In this document: one piece after another, positions 52,784 to 64,000 of the stretch
Layout: each line of letters starts with the position of its first letter
Numbering within the stretch: position 1 is the first letter of the stretch
Assembly (NCBI GenBank): GCA_965203295.1
Contig: CBDBCZ010000017.1
Span: 1,120,001-1,184,000 of the forward strand
Length of the DNA: 64,000 nt
Source of the DNA: Nitrospirales bacterium
GTDB taxonomy: Bacteria; Nitrospirota; Nitrospiria; Nitrospirales; UBA8639
Direction: 5' to 3'
Notes under the pieces: model-generated
The model's database searches: none
What the model was told of the DNA's origin: nothing
What the model saw: only the letters and a program-made list of their open reading frames with translations
Made by a program: the position numbers and the translations under genes

Positions 52784-53624
52784 ATTGGGGCGAGCGTGAG
52801 CGAGCCCCACACTTGTCATGTCAACGCGATTTTCTGTCTGTCTGTCTGTCCCGTACGTCGTGCCGAATCTAAACATTAATTCGCTAAAATAACGAATAAC
52901 AGCCACGTGCATAAAATAGCAACCCCAACCATGTTCACGTGTTGTGTACTGCGGAGATATGGCCCAGTCATTTGCTACGTTCACTTAACGCCATGATGCT
53001 TCTGCAGCAAGAGAAGAAAGACTTCGGAGACGGCGAGAGGGCCCACCGTGCTTCCGAAACGGAGAACAAAAGGAGGCAAGATGTGTAGAAATACCAGCAT
53101 TCTGGGTACCTGCTAAATTTACGTAGTGTGTGTGTGTCTGTTAAAAGGTTGAGAAGACGAAGGGCGAGAGACAGGGCTAGACGCCGTACTCAGACTGCTG
53201 AGCAGATGGAGGCTAGACTGCAGCATGACAGAGATCGCCATAAGGAAACACGATCTGTCGAGTCTCCGGAGCAGACAGACAGCTACTAGGCGGCAATGCT
53301 GCAGGGCGTGTCGAAGGGAGATACGATCTGTTGAGACCCTAGAGCAGACAGAGGCTAGGCTCCAACACAACAGAGAGGACCGTTGGGTAATATAATCCTT
53401 TGAGACTCTGGTAGGCTGCAACAAGACAGAGAATACCTGACTACATCACATTGTATTGTGTGCTGTTCCTCCACCTGTATTGACCCCTTATCCCTCTTCC
53501 GCCTTTATCCCTCCATCCATACCGACTCCATTTAAGTTGTGCTCTGCATGCTACCATCTTTGTACCGTGAATATTACCTATGTACTCGCTCACGCTCGCC
53601 CCACAATACGCTGCATTCACCTAG
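52784..53624 (+). mobile_element. Non-autonomous Helitron/Helentron-like element, copy 2
   Basis: Near-identical to copy 1, with an internal deletion of ~85 bp. Confidence 0.75.
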
Positions 53625-53627
53625 TTT

Positions 53628-54340
53628 ATTGGGGCGAGCGTGAGCGAGCCCCACACTTGTCAACGCGATTTTCTCTGTCTGTCTGTCCCGTACGTCGTGC
53701 CGAATCTAAACATTCATTCGCGAATAACGAAAAACAGTCACGTGCGTAAAATTGCAACCATCGCATTCACGTGTTCTACGAAGATACAAGATCAGCCTAG
53801 GTTACATGTAGTGCATACATATGCATGGTCATGCATTGCATTCTTCAAACCACAAGCATAGATAGTAGAGTAGAACTCTACTATCTATGCCACAAGCAAC
53901 GTACAAATTTATCTGACTGCCTATTATTACCTAAATCACTTACACGGCCGTACTTATACCAAAGTGCTGAGACTTCATGCATGAATATCTCAACTCATAG
54001 TATAGGAAAACTATATATAGACGTCCACATGTACCGTATTCCACTCCTCAGCAGTGCATGAAATATATATAGTTACTCTCCCAACGATTGTGGATCTCAG
54101 CTACAATAGTCACTACATACATGACATCATACATATTCTGAATCGTTTTTGTATTATAATGGCACGTCACTTTAATAAAATTTGATTGATTGATTATACT
54201 GTGCTGATCTTCCCTCTCCACCTTTAATCCCCCCTTCCATACCAACTCAATTTAAGTTGTGCTCTGCATGCTACCATCTTGGTGCAGTAGTGCCTATGTA
54301 CTCGCTCACGCTCGCCCCACAATGCACTGCATTCACCTAG
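53628..54340 (+). mobile_element. Non-autonomous Helitron/Helentron-like element, copy 3 (different interior)
   Basis: Same termini, with an unrelated middle section. Confidence 0.7.
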
Positions 54341-56214
54341 TTATTATTAAATGGCTCTCCTGAGTCTTGCTGGCAAGTTGTTGCTTATCAAAATTCTGGT
54401 GAAACCTTGAGTCTACCTCTGGCTTCGTTTAAAGCCGCCACAACGATTCGTACAGTGCATGATTAGCCTCGTGCCCGCGCAATGAGCCTGGGCACGAGGC
54501 TAAGTGCATGATCTAATCTAGCGCAAGAAATTCTATTCCAGGAATTCTCAATGAATCTAATTTAGCGCAAACAAGACTAAAATTATTTAATTTGAACGCG
54601 TAATAATAGAATAAAGACGGTATGCAGGCGGCTTTTGCTTCTGCTTTCGGATCATAAGAAGTGTACAAGAAAGGGTTTGTTGTGTCTGCGAAAGTAGGCC
54701 TCAGGCTACCTAATTACATTGTATCGACATCATAATAGTCGAATTTTATGTGCAGTATTAAAGCTTATTCAAAAAGTAATTTTGTCATCCCATATTAAAT
54801 ACAGACTCTGCTATTAACCTTCTGATCCGTTTGTGACACTACTAGTCAGATTATCTAAAACTACTGCATAGGTAAGTTAAGCAAAAGAATCATGCAATAC
54901 TGTGATTAATCAACAGACCCACCATCATCACACATGCTAGCTACAAGTTCCGAGTTTGGTTGCCACAAGCCTGAGACCTAGAGCAGAGGGAGACTGAAAG
55001 GTAGCTGACGCAGAGTGATCTGACTAGAATTGTGATATGAATTGTCAGAGCTGAACTACAGTTCTGTTTGAGCATTAGTTTCATTTTTCGCCAGAAATCT
55101 AAGTGTGGGGCTAGCTGCGGCTAGCACCCAAAAGACTGGTGGCTACTTCTCCTGTTCGTTGCTTCCCTGCCGAAGGTCAGTGGCATTTTCTGCAGATAAT
55201 TTGATATTGATATGACTGCAAAAATATAAAGTACTGCTATTTTGACTGCTAATTATACCATTTTGTGTATGTCTGTGAATACAATATGAATCATGCTCAG
55301 ACCGTATATAATCAGGTGATGGAAGAGCTTAATATTTAGTGTTCATTTCGCCTTGGTCTCAGGCGCTCATCTAGCTTTTCGTCGCTTGCAAGCTGGATGA
55401 GAGCCTGGGACCGAGGCTACATTTTGCTCATGTGGGTGAGTTCCGATATAGCATCAAGAGCGCATTCTTCTCTGCCCCCAAGATAGTAAGAGTCATTAGA
55501 CCTGTGATGCCAGAGTAGTAAAGTAGTTCTATAATTAGATTGCTGTGCATAGTATTGAAGCCCTATCTGGTTAGTGGTAGCCTATCATAACTGTACAGCT
55601 CAGCAGAAGTTACCCTAGTCCCTGTGCCCAGACCCCCCCCCCCCCCCCCTCCTCCCCACAGCTTTAGCCCTTCTGCTGCGTTATGGTAACATTTACCTCA
55701 ATGGTCACTATGATGAATTGGAATAAAATTAAAAAAATTTAAAAGCACTATATATACAATGACCCTAGTAACTGCAGAGTCTATGACGAAAAAGGTCATT
55801 CAGAACACCAGACATACTTTTTGTGCGGGAGGGTGTGTAGAGCCGGGCACGAGACTACAGTAACACACTCTTACTCTCTTAGAGGTGGGAAAACCAAACT
55901 ATATATATACCATCTGGTGCATGTTATAAATCATACATGTAGTCCACACATGATTGTCCACGTGAACTAAGTACTAGTGATTGGCAAAATTTAATCCACC
56001 TTTTGAATGTGCTTGAGCAGTGTAACGTTCTCATCATTGGGTGTATCTATATATATTCTTGCTATAAACAATATATTTATTGGGGCGAGCCCCACATAGT
56101 CATTGTCAACGAAGTTTATGTCTGTTGAAGCCAGAAATGTGAATTACAACTTGTGTAACCATAGGTGATTCAAATAACCCACAGTTGAACTGAAGTTACA
56201 ATTCTTGGGGGGTA

Positions 56215-56725
56215 GCTATACAATCGGTGGACTGGACTAGACTGGTGACTGGAATGGAACAGACTGGACTGAAATGAACAGACTGAAATGGGCTCAAAGT
56301 GTCCAGAACTACACTACAACGTCTAGAAGTGTGTATTGGCTTATTTAGCTCTGCAATTTGCCCTACAATGTGTCTATAGACTCTGTAGGCTGTAGGGCTA
56401 GAGACAGGTCAAAGGTCACATGCATATATAATGAGACTACAAAGCAAGACTCCTCAGCACGTATGGAGCATGCAATGCCATGCAGCAAGATGTAAAGTAA
56501 ATAGCAATTTCTAATAGCTGCAGTCATGCTCCATACTCATTGAGGAGTCCTGCTATGATGATATGCCGTGACCCTTGACCTATTCTTAGCAGTATGGACA
56601 CGCACAGCTTATAGCTGTATGGCAAGTTACATATAGCTGAATAAACCAGCAGGCAACTGTAGTCAGTGAGTCCATTCCAGTCCAGTTCAGTCCATCAGTC
56701 CATCAGTCCACCGATTTGTAGCTAT
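56215..56725. mobile_element. TIR element with subterminal (GGACT)n repeats
   Basis: ATCGGTGGACTGGACTAGACTGG.. at the left and ..CAGTCCATCAGTCCACCGAT at the right, with partly palindromic interior. Confidence 0.55.
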
Positions 56726-57793
56726 AGCTAGCTACAGCCCAATTTTTTAGTCCTTTCATTTTGATAAAGTAGGGATAAAAAAACTCTGCTCATAGGTGCT
56801 TATGTATTCACGGGGTACCTATATTAATTTTGTGGAGTGCTTTTATTTGTGATACGTAGAATAGTACATACCAATGCATGGGTTTGTACTGGAATTTTTT
56901 ATTCCCCTACAAGCTACAATGCTGTGAAGAACTAACTGCTGCAGTGAACTTAGATGACCACCAGAGCTTGTTTAAGCGAACAATTCTTCACGATATGTAA
57001 TATTGACCTACTGACCATGGCTCTGCATACACTGAACTTTAAACCACCACATCCCATGTATATGTACTGCACGAGATAGTCACCCATGAAAAGGTGTTCG
57101 TAGCCTCTATACTTACTGTAAAGTACTTAACAAAAATACGTAGCACTTTCTAAGCTGGAAGCCTCACTACTGACTATAACTTGTACTGGACAAAGTTTCA
57201 GCTGGAGCAAGTAATACATGCATTGTTGCTTGTTATTCCAAGTTCACAGTAACACCCTATCATCAGTACAGCATGGTTGCAAGAATATACTCGTATGACT
57301 AATTGCAGTAGCCTTGTTCCCAGTTCTTTCCAGCCCAGCTTTTCTCTCACAGCCGTGGTTAAAAAGTGAAGGGTGGGAAAGCCTGGGAATGAGGCTATAC
57401 ACGCATAGTTGCCACTGTAGTATACATGTAAAACAGGTAGGCTCTTTCCAATATTGCAGGATGGCTACCCCATCTGAAGATTCAAGTGAAGAAAAGGTGA
57501 GTGCAAATGATAAAAATAAATCAAGCTAGGACAACTTGCATGGAGTGAAGCTATCTATGCGTTCACCCCCTGCGTCTTTTTTCCATTTTTCAAATCATGT
57601 GTTGTAGTGCCTGTTACAGGAGATCAGAGGATATTTCTCTAATGTGATTGTGATGTGAAAATCCTGTGCCGTTTTCTTGACAGTGCATTTGTAATCACAG
57701 ATAATTGATGGAGATATTCTGCTGGTTCTTTACAAAGTGTGGTAGAGAATTGATAATTTCACAAGGATCCGAAGGATCTGTAGTGAAATTGGA

Positions 57794-60700
57794 ATTCCAC
57801 TAGTGGCAAGGTAAACATATGACAATGTATTTGGCCTCAATATAATTATATTCACAGCAAGTTTAAAGATTACTCATTTCCTATCACATCACGTGACCTC
57901 TTCGACCTTAAATTTTGCTTTGTAAAAAGGCAAAAAACATTTTATTTTATAATGCATGTCCTGTTGTCTCGGAGGCAAGCTGTTCTTTCTTCGTATATCT
58001 CCAGCGTCCTCACAGTCCAGAGGGCATCTGCTTTATCAAAGACTGCGAAAAAAACTTCTCTTGGTGGCCCTAAACAATATGTTTTCGTCGACCCTGGAAT
58101 AATGAACTTTATGCCCCCTCCAATGGGTTGCTTGAATCTGGTGTCCAAAGCTCTAAAGTCTGAGGCTCTGCTCGCATTGCATAAAGCCAGCAATATTACC
58201 AACCTCTTGGAAAGCTCTTTCAGTACTAACTCTGCAGTTGGTGGACCCGACCGGATGTGTCTCACCACTAACGATACATCCCACACCTCTTGATATCTAC
58301 GTGCTGGAGGTCGCTGGTTGAACATCCCTTGCACCAGGCGACAAACGATCGGATGTTGTCCAATTGGTTTCCCATCGATAGCCTGCAGTGTAGCTGATAG
58401 GGCTGATCGATATGAGTTAAGTGTGGTGTGTTGTTTGCCTTCTTGAAACTGCTCTCTCAACACTGGTCCCACAGATGGCGGAAAGGGATCGGTGTTGGTT
58501 CGATTGCACCAAAGCATCCACTTTCCCCAGGCGGAAGAGTAAGATTTCTCCGTGCTTTTCCTCCATGCTGCTGAGGTAATCTTAAAAGACTCATCTGTGA
58601 TCTTGGATGCTAGTCCTGAAACCTTGCAGGCGGCTAGAGGTAGACTGCTTCGTTCCACCAGTGGCTGCGTCTCCCCCATTGGGTTGGTGACGTTCTTCCT
58701 GATATTTGGCAACAGGATCGGAAGATCGATCAGCTTGTCCAGGAGGTTTGGAAACCACGTCTGATTCTGCCACTCCGGTACTATCAGTACTAGTTCCATC
58801 ACCTGATCCTGCTCTGTCTTCCGAAGGCATCTCCCAATCAGAATGAACGGAGGGAAAGCGTAGGGTCTCATGTTCACCCAGCACTGGGATAGCGCATCCA
58901 CAGCTTCTGCTTCTGGGTCTGGTCGGAAGCTGAAGTATCGAGGGAGTTGTCGGTTGTGTCGAGCTGCAAAAAGGTCCACGCCGAAAGGACCCCAGACGTC
59001 TTGCAGTTTGCAAAAAACTTTGTCGTCCAATTTCCAATCGCTCGGCTCGATGCTCCCTCTCGACTCTGCATCCGCCACTGTGTTGCATACGCCCGGAATG
59101 TGTTCCGCATGGATCGTTATTCCCCGGGTTAGGCACCACTCCCATATCTGTATGGCCAAGTCCGACAGAACTTTGAAGTGAATTCCGCCTTTCTGGTTTA
59201 GGTAGGCAATTGCTGATGAGTTGTCCACCAACAGCAGGATGTGAAGGTTCTGCCTTGCCGAGGCAAACGTTTGCAAGGCCAGTAGGACAGCTTTCAACTC
59301 CAGATGGTTTATGTGGGCTGTTCTCTCTTCCGGAGTCCACATCCCTCCTGTGCTGACGGTCTGTTGCCCCCCAGCCAGACTTTGAAGCATCTGTAGACAG
59401 AACCATGTCTGCTGAAGGCTGGACAACTGATCGATCATTGGATCCTTGCAGGTGTTCTACCCACCAGTGGAGATCTACTTCTACTTCTTTGCTGATGTGA
59501 GTCTGCTGGTCGTATTCTCCTTGTGAGTTTGATAGTATTCTGTGGTGAAGCCTCTGGAGAGCTCGGTATTGGAGAGGTGCCACTGTGACGGCTGGTATCG
59601 TTGAAGACAGCATTCCTATCAAGTGAGCCAGATCTCGAGCTGTTACTGACTTCATCATGTGTCTGCATTCTTTCAAAACCTTCTGGACTTTGTCTGTGGG
59701 CAAACTGATGATCATCGTCGTGGAGTTGACTAGGAATCCCAGGAATTCGATTGACTGTGTCGGTTTCCAAGAACATTTCTTTTGTTTCCATGTGAGATAT
59801 CAGCATTTCCTTGGTGCGAGCCATAACTAAAATGTCGTCCAGATAGATGACCATTCGTATGCACGTCTGTCTCATTCTGGCTGCTAGGGGCCGTAGAATC
59901 TTTATAAAGACCCTTGGAGCTGTTGCCAGGCTGAATGGAAGAGCTTTGAATCGATAGTTCTTTCCTTTCCATTGAAACTTCAAGAAATTGCGGTGATGAT
60001 GGCATATTGGCACTGCCAGGTAAGCATCCTCCAGATTGATTTTCCCCATGAAGTCATGTCTTCCTGTAGCACATCCCTTAGGCTGCTGATACCCTCCATT
60101 TTGAAGTGAGGGACTATCAGGTAAGTGTTGAGACGTTTTAGGTTGATAAGAGGCCTCCAACCGCCGCCTTTTTTGGGGACAGTGAACATCGGGCTGAAAA
60201 AACCCTTTGTACTGGGTGCGCTTTCTATCGCATTTTTTCGGAGCAGGTTTAGAATCTCTTGGTCCAAAATCTGTTACTGCTCTGTGGTGAGCTGGGGAAA
60301 GTTGGGTGGCCAATTGTCCGGTGGCAAAGCCTCCCCAAATTCCAAGCGGTACTCCTTGATACACTGCAAAACCCTTGGGTTGTCTGTAATTCGGTGCCAT
60401 GCTTGCCTCCCACTGGTTGGTCGTCGGTTGCTATTTCCTGCGTTTGTTGTCTGTGAACTTCCTCTGACCCCGGAAGGGGCCTCTGTAGCTTCTGTACCCT
60501 TGCTTGTGTTGCATGGGCCTGTTGTACGGGGTGTATCCTCTGCCCGACTCGCCCCCGTACTTTGCGGTCAGACGCTTGGATAAAAAACGGCTACCCGTTG
60601 TTGCGGTAGAGGTAGAGGCAGGGGTCGAATTGTCAACCTTACTGATCGCTATGTTGCATACGTCAATTGTGTTGGCTCGTTCCGTAATCTTATTCCGAAC

Positions 60701-62205
60701 TTCGGGGCCAAACAGTTTGGGGCCTGTGTCCCCTAGGTCATCCTTGCAAATCTCCCTCATGAAGGAACTCAGCTTTGGTCGTGACTTGGAAATGCTATTG
60801 ATTATCGCAATGCGTCTTGCCTGAGAGGTGTAGTTTGAGGCATTCCCTATCAAAGCCAAAGTATTCTGTGTGACTTTTATCACATCACTGACTAGAATCA
60901 GCTCTTCTGGTTTCCCAGTGAACTTTTGTGCAGCCAAGTGTGATCAGAAATTGGCTAGTGGAGCACAAGTGGCTAAGACGGTTGTCTGTACCTCAGCCAG
61001 CTGGGAATCAGCTTTCTCTGGAAGCTCCTTGCCTAGTGCCCCCTTAATATCATGGTCCAGCTTGGGTACTGCAACTGCGGTAGAGCTAGGCTTAGGGTAG
61101 GCCTTAGCTATATCCCACCTCTTCCGTTTTGGCAGGCACCGGCGGAAGGTCTTGCCAATAAACTCGTCAACCACTTTTGCCATCTTCTGGGGTGTCGACT
61201 GATAGTAGGATTCGGGGTCAAACTCTGCATCTTCATCGGAATCTGAGGAGTCTTCTTCAAAATAGCGCGACCTTTTCTTGGGGTGCGCTGGTTCCTCGTT
61301 CGCAATTGGGATGAAAGCAGGCTCTGCTGCTTTGGGGGCAGTAGTGCTGCTACTTTGAGAGGCACTATGTCCAACCTGTTGTGTAAGGTTGCTACCGATG
61401 ATGTGTTGCGGATACATCGTAGGAAAAAAACAGCACTAGAACCCTACAGATAAGAAATATATTGAAGAGAATCCATGAGTGTGATATAGTATAGGATAAT
61501 GGTAGTGCCTACGGGCATTCAATACCAAAGGAGTCCTGCCATGGCAGTGCCTGAGGGCATTCAATGCCTGAGGGATGGGGTAAGGTCAGTGGGCACCCTA
61601 GCCAGCTTAGACCTTGCTGACGTTGGGACCATGGTAGTGCCAAAGGGCATTCAATACCATTTTATCAGCTTCCATACCTTGAGGTAGTGCTCCCGAATTA
61701 TACCGGGAAACATTGGGAACATCGGACTGCCGCCTGCACAGCCCTTTGTGGCATTCCAATAGACGGCACCGTGATGTTGGGCTGGCCCGTCATCAGGGGG
61801 CCATGCAGGAAAGCTGGGGTCGTCGCCGAGGTCGGCGCTGTCGAAACACTCTGCGTCACATGCTGAGTCACGGTATCAACATGGCCGCCATCCAAGTCAT
61901 GACCTTCACCGTCCGAATCCGAACTCATGGCTTGCCCAACCAAGACGCAGGAGTTGCTGGGATACTCGCCCAAACAAAACTCTTGATGGCAGTCCAAAGG
62001 AAAAGGCTGTAGTCGGTCCCTTCTTGGGAAACGCTGATTTGTCGAACTCAATAAAAAATGACCGCGTTTTTTACTTCAGCAAAATTTGAGGCCGAAGAGG
62101 TCACGTGATGTGATAGGAAATGATGTAATCTTTAAACTTGCTGGGAATATAATTATATTGAGGCCAAATACATTGTCATATTGCAGCCTTGCCACGACGT
62201 GGAAT
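57794..62205 (-). mobile_element. Decayed DIRS1-type tyrosine-recombinase retrotransposon
   Basis: ~125-bp inverted terminal repeats (57794-57919 / 62078-62205). Minus-strand order: gag-like (~61930-60431), RT (PKKGGGWRPLINLKRLN, KALPFSLATAPRVF, YLDD), RNase H (STDASKSGWG, HINHLEL, VDN, HIPG..N..AD), methyltransferase-like (VDLFA..YAFPPF) and the YR N-terminal half (TLNSYRSALS, SRASD). Many frameshifts. Confidence 0.92.
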
Positions 62206-62864
62206 GTGCCATTGTGCAAGTACCGTTACAGCCCACCACATATTTAGTGCCCATGCACCCCCATTTTCAGTGTCAACTCAGCTTCCTGCAAGGGTATGCT
62301 TGTTCACATAGTATCTGCCCACTCGAACATGTTGCATATGAAAAGCGAGCATGACAGGTAAATATAGCCTTCTATAGCCAAGTATGGAAGCATATTTTTT
62401 AAAATAGCATTCAGATAACTGCGAAATGTAGCTGAAAATCGAAATAGCTAGCTGACTTACCGTCGATATTCCAAACAACTAAAGATCGGCAATATTTTGC
62501 TAACTATGGTACTCTATATTTTCTTCCACATGCATTGCTCCATGGATCCAGCTTGATAAATGCTCACCTGGATGGTTTGATACTATCGTAGACTATATGA
62601 TTTGGCAAATATTCCTGCCTTTCAGAATGGTGGGCAGATACTACGTGTCGTTTGCGGACAAGTACGTATTTAGTGCCCACCCCCCTCTTCCGCTGCATCC
62701 TATAAGGTTCCCCGCCCATGGGTGATTGATACATACTCTACGTAGTTAATAGGGTGAGGAAGGGGGAGGTGTTTCCTAAGTGGTAGTTTTAGTGTTGACA
62801 ATCTGCAATGTGTATGAGGGAGACAAAGATTGTCTGTGTAGTGAATATGTTTATTGCTGATTAA

Positions 62865-63007
62865 CTCTTTACCAACCAATGACGCATATATGCGTCATGA
62901 GCTCCCATAAGCCCATATTACTTTATATGGGGGTTTTAATACTAGGCGTTAATACTCTGTACAGGCTTTTCTGCTTCTTTAAGCTGTTTCTTATGGTTGG
63001 TAAAGGG
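62865..63007. mobile_element. piggyBac-type MITE related to the 5612 copy
   Basis: TTAA-CTCTTTACCAACCA ... TGGTTGGTAAAGGG-TTAA. The internal CCATAAG..CCCATAT..TAGGCGTTAATA is shared with 5612-5747. Confidence 0.7.
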
Positions 63008-64000
63008 TTAAAGGAGTGAATGGAATGATGTACGTGGTGTGAGCAATATTGAGTCTTAGACTACAGTCCATGCTGTAAATGGTAGATTATGGTGTGAGAA
63101 GGTCATGTGTGTTGTGAAGTGCTGCAATCATTTGTATGGCTGGTGTGGCATGTTGCTAGAAGAGTACTTGTATAGTGATGTAAGGATGCCAATGCATTAA
63201 AGTATTGTGGTGTCCTTCATACTTTGTTTGTGATTTAACCTCTGCATTTTATTTTCCATAACTTTTTTCTGTTGCTTTTTATGGGACTTTAAAGTAGCTG
63301 TGGATGATTGTGTATGTAGACAGTCTTGAGTATATGAGTGCATGTATCCTTGCTGCGATACAGCGAAATAAATTAGGCTTGAAAACTTTAGCCTCTGGTT
63401 ACATAGTTCTGCGTTTACACACTTGCATGGGATAATAACACTGAAACAGTCTTTCTGGGAATGCCTATCCTCGAACCCAGCCGTCCCAGCTTTTTTTTGC
63501 TTGCAGGAAGAAAAAGCGGGACGCCTGGGAACACTTATCGCGTGATATTACGTAACTTTAATTGAACGTGGGCAGGAGTGACCGTAAGCGATAAGCAACC
63601 CACGCTAATTAACGGCTGATTTTAGCGCGCTTTGCCCGGGTTTCTGGACAGCAAACTATTCGCATTTTACAGCTACAGATGGGAGTGCAACGACTACGAA
63701 TCGACTCAACAAGTTACGTGAACAAGCTCCAGCGTCTCCAGAGGCAGTACTTCTCCAAATTGGCGACCACGCTGCATGACGTCATTGTTCTATTTTTGCT
63801 TTTCTTTAGTGATGTCATATTTTTACAATGGCAGGCAGTGCAGTATGGTTTTACCGGTGCTGCTGTCCTTACAGGCAGCTCAGTGTGTTTAGTTAGCTTG
63901 TTAGCTGTGCGAGAGGCTAGCTATATAGTACGCGTGCATGCTTGACGAGCGTATTAGTGACGAGAACGGTACTATACCGGTCATAGTCTCGCGAGCCAGA

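Noticed and set aside
57460..57810. Possible small exons (MATPSEDSSEEK|gt) next to the DIRS element
   Set aside because: Downstream frames contain stops and no product is recognisable, so no gene model can be supported.
61499..61660. Three ~29-bp hairpin repeats ATGGYAGTGCC....GGCATTCAAT
   Set aside because: Irregular spacing inside the DIRS gag region; too few to be an array and no RNA family recognised.

Overview
Eukaryotic (animal) genomic DNA with spliceosomal introns. The gene and repeat content suggests a demosponge, but this is inference. (1) 0.5-27.3 kb holds four complete 7-exon paralogs. Each encodes a signal peptide, two tandem NTF2/SnoaL (DUF4440-like) domains and a C-terminal HDEL. 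Two copies lie on each strand, one pair is head-to-head, and a fifth copy probably starts just left of the window. An intact hAT transposon sits in the last intron of the fourth copy. (2) 30.9-44.6 kb is a tandem segmental duplication. Each unit carries a divergent pair about 300 bp apart: an intronless secreted protein with a BURP-like CH..CH..xH..xH core, and a 3-exon precursor of a 6-Cys peptide resembling the sponge Tyr-lock peptide recifin A. The enzyme-like gene is almost invariant between copies while the peptide core is hypervariable. This pair is the best candidate for an undescribed system, an animal RiPP-like precursor plus BURP-like modifying-enzyme cassette. (3) 45.2-51.6 kb is a 7-exon TRAF gene. 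(4) The rest includes three non-autonomous Helitron/Helentron copies, a decayed DIRS retrotransposon, LINE fragments, many MITEs and a strongly G-depleted tract with a 180-bp fold-back. All exon structures were assembled by eye from GT-AG sites and reading frame; no searches were run.
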